The notes beneath the pieces are model-generated. The model searched no databases and had not been told where the DNA came from. It saw only the letters and a program-made list of their open reading frames with translations. Both the position numbers and the translations under genes were made by a program. DNA of 64,000 bases from Eledone cirrhosa (lineage: Eukaryota), in NCBI GenBank assembly GCA_964016885.1, contig OZ024761.1, forward strand, positions 13,144,001-13,208,000. The letters run 5' to 3'. Each line of letters begins with the position of its first letter. Positions within the stretch are counted from its first letter, which is position 1. Of the stretch, positions 54,101 to 64,000 are shown piece after piece.

Positions 54101-57100
54101 ACAGTGAAAATAACTGTAAAGTATTTATATTTATTATTAAAGAAAAAAGTTTGTTTTTTTTACCCGCTTTCATTTGGTCGTGATTCTGTGACAAATACAT
54201 TGAATCGTTTCTTCTGTTGGGCTGCATCCTTCAATACCTGTAATACTACACGGGATCTGGAATGGGTGAGTATGGTCTGTGGAATGGAAACAACAGGAAA
54301 AAGAGTATTAAACAAATAAATAATATATGGAAGAAAGAAAGAAAGAAAGACAGACAAAAATAACAGACTTACCATTCCATCTCGAAGAAATGGTTTACAA
54401 AGATTGCTTATTTTGTCTCTAGATTTGGTCACCTTTTCTAAGAACAGTTCTCCACGTTCAACTAATTTGCTGCAACATTTCTGGAAATCCTTTAAATAGT
54501 AAAACAACAACAAATAGTTAATTATAACGAACTAAAATGTGACAGCGTAATTAAGGAAATGTTTTATTCCAATAACTGAGCATAATTTGTGAGATCCCAA
54601 GGAGATATTAACCATTTAGTATTTACATTACTCTATATATACTATTGTATATTATATTGTATACATTATACTATATATACTATTGTAAACACTGAATCGA
54701 TGAGATTTTGATATTATTTATTTCGAGAACAATACATTAACAACAATATGAGCGGCTGATTTGAACAGGAATAGGTGAGCGAATTCTGGCCGGATACAGC
54801 TGGTTTAAATGCTAAAGGGTTATGGACATTTTTTATTCCAATAACTGCATTATTCGTGAGATCCTCGTTCAAATCCCAACGGGGTCGATAAAATAAAGTA
54901 CCAGTAATACACTGGGTATTTGCTGGTCTTGTGCCAAAAGTAGAAACAATTATTTGTGAGATCCCAACGAGATATTAAAGAATTTGTTCTGGGTTTTTTT
55001 TAACCCCTAGACATGGCTATGTGGTTAATGAGTTTGCTCCATAACCAACTGGTCCTGAGTTCCGTTCCACTGTGTGCTATCTGGCATAGGTCCCTTATAT
55101 ATATGGTCGTATTAAGGATATGACACCCTCGTTGTCACCTAGTGCTGGTGATTTACATGATAAAAGGCACACAGTAAAGTGGTTGGTGTTGGGAACAGTA
55201 TCCAGCCGTAAAACGTTTACCAAACAGGGTTGGGAGGATCCTTTAGTTGTGTCGAGGACACTACAACTTCTCTGCATTCAACAGAGCGGATGACGATACA
55301 CAAGCAAGATGCAGACACCTCAGGCTGTCTGAGAGATCAGTAGCCCTGCTTCTATTCAACCTGGAACTCTAACGAGATGAACTTACCTGGAACTCTAATG
55401 AGGTGAATGTAATGAAGCGAAGGTAGAGCTGACAGGCCGAACTCACTGAGGTTCCATTCTCATCTCGCAAGTCCAGGTATTTCTCTGCATCTTCCAGAAT
55501 CCGACGCAATTCTGTTAATGTGGTGGCTTGAAAAGATACAAAACAACACTATCACTGCATCAGTTAACTCATAACATACTGTTCCACATGAAACCACATT
55601 AGCAAGACATTCTTGAAAAGATACAAAACAACACTATCACTGCATCACATTAACTATTAATGTCCTGTACCACATTAGTAGGACATTCTTGAAAAGATAC
55701 AACACACTGACTGCATTGCATCAACTTTTAACATACTATACCACATGAAACCACATTCACTAGACATTCTAGAAAAGTATTAAGAAAATACTATGACTAC
55801 ATCATGTCAAAAATGAAAGCCTTTACTCTAAAACTACAAATTTTCACAAAAATGTCCACTACTAAAGATGCTATAAACATTTGAATTAACAAACATTTGC
55901 AAGACATTCTTGAAAAGTATAAAACAATACTATGGCTACATCATGTTAAAAATTAAAGTCTTTGCGAGGGCCAGGAAAACCAAAAAGGACTTGGATGGGG
56001 ATGTCTGTTGGAATCAAGCTAGGCATGGCCTGGCTCAAGTGAGACCAGTGGACAGAAACAACTGGAGGGGGACATTAAGAAGCGCTGTCATGCAGGACAG
56101 ACCCCCTAGTTAGGGATTAATTGTGTCCTGCATGATAAAAAACAAACAAACCTGGATGATCATGATCATGATGATGATGATGAACTAACTTCTGTGTGAT
56201 TTCACAAGAACTGAAAGAATGATAAAAGAACTTATTACCATCACTTCTTTTCACAATTTCCAGCAATGTTTTTACAGCAGCTACAGCGGAAGAGCTTTCA
56301 GGTTCATTTTTAATTTCTTGATCAAAATATTGAAGGATATCTGGTGGAGAGATTAAAAGAGAAAAATCAGAAAGACAAAGGCCAAAAAACACTTCACCCT
56401 TTTGTAGTGCCAGATTTTACCATTGTGCTTAAATCCTAGATTGGCAGTATCGGTGGAGGATTGGACGCCATGGTGTGCAGCGTAGAGTTACGCCCCTTTA
56501 CGATCTGAGTTCAAATCTCATGAGGTTAACTGTTAACTTTGCCTTTCATCCTTACGGGGGTCGATAAAATAAAGTACTAGTAATACACTGGGATAATTGC
56601 TGGCCTTGTGCCAAAAGTAGAAACAATTACTCTATATTTACTGTTGTATCTTCATGGTATATCGAATAATATCGAATCTGAGATTTTGATATTATTTATT
56701 CTGAGAAAGGGTGGTGGATTGGTAGTATCGGTAGAGGGTCGGACACCATGTTAGGGTGGTGGATTGGCAGTATCGGTAGAGGGTCGGACACCATGTTAGG
56801 GTGGTGGATTGGCAGTATTGGTAGAGGGTCGGACGCCATGTTAGGGTGGTGGATTGGCAGTATCGCTAGAGGGTCGGACACCATGTTAGGGTGGTGGATT
56901 GGCAGTATCGGTAGAGGGTCGGACACCATGTTAGGGTGGTGGATTGGCAGTATTGGTAGAGGGTCGGACGCCATGTTAGGGTGGTGGATTGGCAGTATCG
57001 CTAGAGGGTCGGACACCATGTTAGGGTGGTGGATTGGTAGTATTGGTAGAGGGTTGGACGCCATGTTAGGGTGGTGGATTGGCAGTATCGCTAGAGGGTC

Positions 57101-58026
57101 GGACACCATGTTAGGGTGGTGGATTGGAAGTATCGCTAGAGGATCGGACACCATGTTAGGGTGGTGGATTGGCAGTATCGCTAGAGGGTCGGATGCGATG
57201 CTCGGGTGGTGGATTGGTAGTATTGGTAGAGGATCGGACACCATGTTAGGGTGGTGGATTGGTAGTATTGGTAAGGGGTTGGACGCCATGTTAGGGTGGT
57301 GGATTGGTAGTATCGGTAGAGGGTTGGACACCATGTTAGGGTGGTGGATTGGCAGTATCGGTAGAGGGTCGGACACCATGTTAGGGTGATGGATTGGCAG
57401 TATCGGTAGAGTGTCGGACACCATGTTAGGGTGGTGGATTGGTAGTATCGGTAGAGGGTCGGACACCATGCTTTGACGCATAGTTACGGCCCTTGGCATT
57501 CTGAGTTCAAATCCCGCCGAGGTTAACTTTGCCTTTCATCCTTACGGGGTTGATAAAATAAAGTACCAGTAATGTACTGGGTAATTGCTGGCCTTGTGCC
57601 AATAGTAGAAACAATTATTTATTTTGAGAACAACACCTTAAAGTCGGTATGAAGGGGCAGTTATGGCCAGTTTGAACAGAGAGAGGTGAGAGAATTCTGG
57701 CCGGATTTGCTAAAGGGTTACACACAAGGCCCGTCTTATGTGTGTGTGTGTGTGTATATATATAACGAAGGTGTGGTAAGGAACCAGATGGACCATAACG
57801 CACCAGAGTACCAATACTTAGGGTAGTAGAGTGGGTAATAGGAAAATGTTAGACCCCGACGCCAGAGCTCAAGCCGTTTCGACGGCTATTTCTGGACTGA
57901 AATAGCCGTCGAAACGGCTTGAGCTCTGCCGTCGGGGTCTAACATTTTCCTATATATATATATTACTGAACAAAAAGGAAAAACGAACACAGACATATTT
58001 TCAGTTTCTAACTCAATACAAGCCTT

Positions 58027-58066
<40 letters not shown>

Positions 58067-60315
58067 CATATATATATATATACAACATATATATATATAT
58101 ATATGCATATATATATATATATATGCATATATATATATATATATATGCATATATATATATATATATGCATATATATATATATATATGCATATATATATAT
58201 ATATATGCATATATATATATATACAGCATATATATATATATATACAGCATATATATATATATACAGCATATATATATATATATACAGCATATATATATAT
58301 ACAGCATATATATATGTATATATACAGTATATATATATATATATATATACAGCATATATATATATATATATACAGCATATATATATATATATATACAGCA
58401 TATATATACAGCATATATATATACAGCATATATATATACAGCATATATATATATACAGCATATATATATACAGCATATATATATGTATGTACAGCATATA
58501 TATATGTACAGCATATATATATATACAGCATATATATATATATATGTACAGCATATATATATATATATATATATGTACAGCATATATATATATATATATA
58601 TACACAGCATATATATATATATATATATATATACAGCATATATATATATATATATACAGCATATATATATATATATATACAGCATATATATATATATATA
58701 TATATATATACAGCATATATATATATATGTATATACATATGTAGGAGGTGAGTTTTATTGTAGTACAATAAAGCAATGCAGATATCGGATAAGAAGCACT
58801 CTACAGTTTGTAGGACTGGAGTATACATAATATAAGATCAAAAGATGGTTAAAGGAGTTCCATGTATTTTATTATTTTATTATGCGCATTTCAAAAACAA
58901 ACATCATCATGCAATAATATTTGTGTTTTCATCAGATAAAACAGGAGAACATGATATGAAGGCTAAAAAACACTTGTGGATAGTGTAGTCTGAAATCAAC
59001 ATTGAAATGCGCATAATAAAATACATGGAACTCCTTTAACCATCTTTTGATCTTATATTATGTATATACATATATATATATATATATATATACAGCATAT
59101 ATATATATATATACACAGCATATATATATACACAGCATATATATATATACAGCATATATATATATATATACAGCACATATATATATACACAGCATATATG
59201 TGTGTGTGTTGGAAACATGGCCGAATGGTTAAGAAGTTAGTTTCACAATCATTATGTCCTGGATTCGATCTCACTGTGTGGTGTCATCTGAAGAATGAGT
59301 TATTTTCCTAAAATGTCGAGTCATCAGAAGCCTTGTGAGTGAAATTGGGTAGACAGAAACTGTATGGAAGCCCGTCGGATGGACCAATGTACCTTGTCAC
59401 GCTGAACTCTCATTAAGGGTACACGTGACTCTGGAATGCTGAGCCACTTACACGTTTACTAAAGAGCGAACTGTTCTATTAATCGAACAACTAGATCGCT
59501 CATCGTCGATACCCGCGGAGATCCATCCCGTATTGGAAACCGCTGTTCGAATTATTCTTAAACGTAAAATATAAAGCACGCATAACATAGGTATATATAT
59601 ATATAAACATTCTTGGTTAGGAATATACGCGAGCACCAACACGTGTAAGGTCAACTTTATGATGACCATGTGAGGAAAAGGGGGGGGGGGGTCTGTGTGG
59701 TGGTTCGATCTGCTAGCAATAGCAGACAAATCTCCCTCAGATCACAGTCTATTTTTTTTTTTTTTTTAATTAAAAAAACGTGTGTGGGGGACATATTAGA
59801 TAAAGTAATCGCAGATATGGTCACAGCTGGAACGTCACAGATCGTGGGTATATTTGATCAGAGCAGACTGACTTAGCGCAAGGCAACGCTACAAGCCAAC
59901 GAAGTTGCCACTACGTGGTAACTCGATCTGCAAGAAATATCGGGCAAAATTCTTTCAATTTGCAACATCATGAAAAGGAGGAGGGGGGGGGGGGAGACAC
60001 ATTTGATAAAGCAATCCTAGATAAACTACGCCTCACATTCCCTCAAAGGAAGGGGAGGTCATGGTTGGAATATCTCTGATCAAAGGACAACAACCAACAA
60101 CCACAACACGCATTTTATTTTACAGTGTGACCTGATGATGTAAGCTGTTAAAAAGGTGGGAATAGAAGATATATTAACAAACAGAACATACGAAGAAAAC
60201 AGAACTTCGATCCATTATATAAATATCAACATTTTTTACCGATTGATTGGTAGTTTTGTAATTCTAACTAAACTAAAATGTATATTAATATATTCTTACC
60301 TTCTTTAGTCTTCAT
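51187..60315 (-). CDS. EIF2B1: Translation initiation factor eIF2B subunit alpha, complete, 9 coding exons, 301 aa
   Basis: Exons: 60315-60300, 56340-56239, 55526-55387, 54489-54373, 54276-54164, 53411-53343, 53200-53125, 52406-52281, 51333-51187 (sum 906 nt). Motifs: [93 protein letters not shown]. Confidence 0.96.
51375..51775. repeat. ~119-bp tandem repeat spanning a SINE head and its flank (3-4 copies)
   Basis: TAGTGGTAAGGGTGTTGGACTT recurs at ~51379, 51513, 51631 and 51750; the last copy continues as a CORE-like SINE. Confidence 0.85.
53435..54135. repeat. ~55-bp AT-rich minisatellite
   Basis: Unit ~AGTTAGACAGGGAGACAGTGAAAATAACTGTAAAGTATTTATATTTATAAAGTATAT. Confidence 0.88.
56709..57616 (+). 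repeat. 45-bp minisatellite (~17 copies) of the SINE A 5' head, followed by the rest of the SINE
   Basis: Unit GGGTGGTGGATTGGCAGTATCGGTAGAGGGTCGGACACCATGTTA. B-box and body follow once at 57470-57616. The whole insertion splits a MITE copy. Confidence 0.93.
57765..57953 (-). mobile_element. Short (TA)n-embedded element with terminal fold-back (family also at ~4685-4776, ~17795-17933, ~31689-31848, ~32419-32592)
   Basis: Shared TGTGGTAAGGAACCAGATGGACCATAACGCACC..CTTAGGGTAGTAGAGTGGGTAATAGGAA..GACCCCGACGGC. The inverted duplication at one end varies in length; copies are flanked by (TA)n. Confidence 0.7.
58029..58740. repeat. (TA)n-based compound microsatellite (similar tracts at 32080-32420, 42575-43020, 59062-59200)
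   Basis: (TA)n interrupted by CAGCA/TGCA. Confidence 0.95.
58741..59061 (-). mobile_element. Penelope-like pLTR with partial inverted duplication, in (TA)nCAGCA microsatellite
   Basis: Inverted repeat ~58826-58893 versus ~59003-59061 that includes the GAAATGCGCATAATAAAA half of the hammerhead. The same microsatellite lies on both sides. Confidence 0.65.
58875..58941 (-). ncRNA. Minimal type-I hammerhead ribozyme motif (Penelope/retrozyme-like), sense within EIF2B1 intron 1
   Basis: Minus strand reads UUUUAU-CUGAUGA-[16-position stem II, one mismatch, loop GCAU]-GAA-AUGCGCAU-A-AUAAAA. The core is intact, stem I is a perfect 6 bp and stem III is palindromic. Confidence 0.82.
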
Positions 60316-60551
60316 TGTACAACACGAAGAGATATACAAAGTTCCACGGCAGGTTTTGGATGAACTCAACTTACGGTCAATGATTCCGTAAACTTCAGTT
60401 CTATTGGACATTATCATAACTTCTAACCAATCAACAGCGACGTTACAACTGATCCACAACTAGTTTAATCCCACGCTTTCTTGTGTACATTGAAAGTGTT
60501 GCTAAAATATATAAATTTATATACAAATATACATTATATATTTAATATAAT
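60316..60551. promoter_or_regulatory. Short bidirectional promoter/5'UTR region shared by EIF2B1 and GTF2H3
   Basis: Only 236 bp separate the two divergent ATGs. The interval is repeat-free and relatively CpG-containing, in a window otherwise saturated with repeats. Confidence 0.8.
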
Positions 60552-63501
60552 ATGCCTGGTAAGTCATTTATTTCACTTTCCTACGTGTGAAAAATTAATT
60601 AGTATTTTTTTCTCGGAATTTATTCAGAATTAAACAAGCAATATCTCATCTTATTTGAATGTTCACCGTTTTTTTTTTTTCACGTAGATTACAATTAATT
60701 TATTGAATTAAAATAACATTATAAATTGCTCGCAATTCGTTCAGAAGAACATTACAAATATGATATTGATAAACAAATATAAACGCAGAAAAGAGAGAGA
60801 GAAAATGGGAGGAAAGCACAATGAATGGCGTATTGCATACCCAGCAATACCCTTTGCATAGATGTTATCCAACCGTCTACCCCTGTCCATCGATTCTTTC
60901 CTTAGACATTCTAACGTCATACCCATAAATATCAGAGCTGTGATCTCTCAATTCGGAGAAATAGCAGCTCTACCTGGAGTGACTCTCTGATCTCCGAGCT
61001 ATAAATCTGTCCAGCGATTCTTTCCTGAGACATTCTAACCACATGTCCATAATATCAGAGCTGTGATCTCTCAATTCGGAGAAATAGCAGCTCTATCTGG
61101 AGTGACTCTCTGATCTCTGAGCGACAAATATGTCCAGCGATTCTTTCCTGAGACATTCTAATCACATGTCTATAGTATCAGAGCTGTGATCTCTCAATTC
61201 GGAGAAATAGCAGCTCTATCTGGAGTGACTCTCTGATCTCCGAGCTATAAATCTGCCCAGTGATTCTTTCTTGAGACATTCTAACCACATGTCCATAGTA
61301 TCGGAGCTGTGATCTCTCAATTCGGAGAAATAGCTGCTCTATCTGGAGTGACTCTCTGATCTCTGAGCTACAATTCTGTCCAGCGATTCTTTCCTGAGAC
61401 ATTCTAATCACATGTCTATAGTATCGGAGCTGTGATCTCTCAATTCGGAGAAGTAGCAGCTCTACCTGGAGTGACTCTCTGATCTACAATTCTGTCCAGC
61501 GATTCTTTCCTGAGACATTCTAATCACATGTCTATAGTATCGGAGCTGTGATCTCTCAATTTGGAGAAGTAGCAGCTCTACCTGGAGTGACTCTCTGATC
61601 TCCGAGCTATAAATCTGTCCAGCGATTCTTTCCTGAGACATTCTAATCACATGTCAATAGTACCAGAGCTGTGATCTCTCAATTCGGAGAAATAGCAGCC
61701 CTACCTGGAGTGACTTTCTGATTTCCAAGCTACACACTTTCAGGTAACGTTACTCCAAAGACAATTCGAAGGAATCCAATTTCGGCCACTTGTATTCGCG
61801 ATCGGTATTCATGTCAACTCTTACCTAAATTAAAACATTCCAACGTAATCTAACATAGGAACCTTGTCATATTCTAAACAATAAATTTAAGGTAAAAAGC
61901 TATATTACTATCAAAGGTAAAAAGTAAAACTGCCAGGATTTTAACTTGAAAATAAATAAACAAAATCGATGATATAATATCAATATTTTGTAATGTTGTG
62001 AATTTGTTTTGTATTCTTTTTTCTCAATTAATCTATATTTTACAGAGATCGAATGTAGCCTGTTGGCTGTCATTATTGATACCAACCCAGTATGGTGGGG
62101 ACAGTGTTTCCTTGAAGAAAACTCACAGGTGAGAGAACAACAATAGGTTTACTACTATGTATATTGTGGTTTATTTCTGCTGGTAGACATAGAAACAATA
62201 AAATGCACCCAGTACACTCTGTAAAATGGTTGATGATAGACAAGACATCAAGCTGTAGAAAACTTGCCAAACAAAGGATTGAGACGACTCTTGAGTTGTG
62301 TCAAAGACACGACAACCTCTCTAGTGCTGGTGATTGGAAATTGCATCAAGCTGTAGAAAACTTGTCAAACAAAGGATTGAGAGGACTACCTAGTTTCACA
62401 GCTTGTTACAGGGTACACGTGGCAGTGGATCCCCAGAAGAATGAAGTGAGAAGTGTAGACACACTCAATTAATCCTCCGGACGCAACAAAATATCAGAGG
62501 TTATCCTTATCTTTATGCATTTCAGACATTTTGTGTCCTCATCAGTGGAATGAAATATTTATTATTTAATTAATTATTATTTTTTTTTTTTTTTACAGTT
62601 TGATATATTCCGGTATTTAGACAGTATGTTGGTGTTTGCCAACTCCCACCTTATGATGAAACCAGCCAACAAATTAGCCATCATTGCTGCCCATAGCAAT
62701 CAAAGGTGAGTTTGGATGTCAAAGACCTTTTTTTTTTGAAAGCTTGAAAGAATATTAGTTGGCAGTATTAACTCTGAGTTTATATATATATAAAGTTTAT
62801 ATATATATCAAAGGTGACACAGAGAAGACTGAGGTTGGCTGGACATGCTCACCGACATCCAGAGTTGACGTTGCACTCAGTGCTCCTTTGGGAGCCCCTA
62901 CATGGACACACTAGAAGCGGAAGACCAAGGTTAACATATGTTGATGCCCTAAGGACAGACACTGGTCTGTTGGAGATGCAGGATATGGCAGCGATAATGA
63001 GGGACAGAGACCGCTGGAGAGAACTCGTCCATGGATCTCGGGAATTTTACCCGCCTTAGATAGATAGATAGATATATATGTTGAAATATCCGAGACCCCC
63101 AGTAGACAACTGTTGAGGACCCCACTCCCCGTTCTTGCTTTCTTCTCCTTCTCCTTCCTCCTCCTCTTTCTTCTTCTGCATCTTCTTCTCTAGCAACTAC
63201 TCAACCATCCTATTCTCCATATACTTTATATATATATATATATACATATATACATAAATAATGTGGTTTCATTCCAGCTACTTCCTGTATCCAAAGGGCA
63301 AAGAAGAGCCTTCACCACCACCACCACCACCACCACCAGCAGCAGCAGCAGCAGCAGCAGAAACTAATGAGTTGACTGAAGAGAATGGTACTACTACTAC
63401 TGCTGCTGCTGTTCCTCGGTCTGTAAACGATGGCCGTTATGAACTTTTTGCCCAAGTTGATGAACAGATTACTGACCAACTGAAGGGTCTTATTGCTAGC
63501 C
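60552..63501 (+). CDS. GTF2H3: TFIIH subunit p34 (Tfb4), first 4 coding exons; gene continues past the window end
   Basis: Exons: 60552-60558 (ATG CCT G|gtaag), 62046-62128 (SLLAVIIDTNPVWWG), 62599-62705 (LDSMLVFANSHLMMKPANKLAIIAAH), 63278-63501 (SYFLYP...DGRYELF). Phases are consistent and the peptide matches the p34 vWA-like N-terminus. The 7-nt first exon is the least certain part. Confidence 0.92.
60810..61830 (-). mobile_element. RTE 3' fragment with the same ~123-bp segment tandemly amplified (~7 copies)
   Basis: Repeated IERSQLRYYGHVVRMSQERIAGQ..SEIRESLQ, in GTF2H3 intron 1. Confidence 0.8.
62514..62545 (-). ncRNA. Degenerate hammerhead core
   Basis: Minus strand CUGAUGA-GGACA-caaaa-UGUCU-GAA-AUGCAU-A. 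Stems II and III are good, but the stem I flanks do not pair. Confidence 0.45.
62812..63075 (+). mobile_element. RTE-type LINE 3' fragment with (TAGA)n tail
   Basis: RRLRLAGHAHRH..LLWEP..GRPRLTYVDAL..RDRWR, followed by a stop and (TAGA)n. Confidence 0.85.
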
Positions 63502-63590
63502 GTAAGTTGTTTAACCCTTTTGCACGCTGAATGTTTCATGAATTACTTCCCTTGACACTGTATTATGTGTTAAGGGGAGATTACTCTATA

Positions 63591-63781
63591 GGCGGTGGAT
63601 TGGCAATATTGGTAGAGTGTCGGATGCCATGCTTTGGCGCATATAGTTACGGCCCTTGCTATCTGAGTTCAAATCCCGCCGAGGTTAACTTTGCCTTTCA
63701 TCCTTACGGGGTCGATAAAATAAAGTACCAGTAATACACTGGAATAATTTGCTGGCCTTGTGCCTAACGTAGAAACAATTA
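63591..63781 (+). mobile_element. tRNA-derived SINE family A with Deu/Nin-like central domain (representative of ~16 copies)
   Basis: GGCGGTGGATTGGCAG head, B-box GAGTTCAAATCC, GCCTTTCATCCTTACGGGGTCGATAAAATAAAGTACCAG, tail GTAGAAACAATT. Other copies near 165-349(+), 1105-1325(-), 16120-16280(-), 26550-26731(+), 30095-30191(+), 30458-30640(-), 44322-44512(+), 46263-46447(-), 46487-46675(-), 54866-54952(+), 56439-56629(+). Confidence 0.88.
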
Positions 63782-64000
63782 CTCTATTGTTTGAAAACAA
63801 TACCGTAACATCATTATGAGTGGCCAGTTACAGTGAGTTTGAACAGAAAAAGGTGAGAGAATTCTGGTCGGATATGGCAGGTTTAAATATGCTAAAGGGT
63901 TAATCCTTGAGCATTTATATTACTCTATATTTACTATTGTATTTTCATGGAAAATTTCAGGTAAATATCTCACATAATATTGAAGCTATGAGATTTTGAT

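Overview
Eukaryotic, AT-rich, repeat-dense animal DNA. The SINE/RTE/microsatellite repertoire suggests an octopod cephalopod; this is an inference, not shown by the sequence. I assembled four intron-rich housekeeping genes by hand from GT-AG junctions with consistent phases: DHX36/RHAU (minus, 16 coding exons, runs off the left edge), TADA2A (plus, 12 coding exons, complete, 476 aa), EIF2B1 (minus, 9 coding exons, complete, 301 aa) and GTF2H3 (plus, first 4 coding exons, runs off the right edge). They form two head-to-head pairs; EIF2B1/GTF2H3 are also divergent neighbours in human. Introns are filled with tRNA-derived SINEs (Deu/Nin-like and CORE-like), TTAA-flanked piggyBac-like MITEs, non-autonomous Helitrons, a hAT element, RTE/CR1/CRE LINE fragments and minisatellites grown from pieces of these elements. 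The least expected signal is a set of short (TA)n-embedded elements with inverted ends that carry minimal type-I hammerhead ribozyme motifs (Penelope-like/retrozyme-like). They include a complete hammerhead on the sense strand of EIF2B1 intron 1 and a perfect 173-bp-arm palindrome in a DHX36 intron. Almost all long ORFs in the supplied track are translations of simple repeats.
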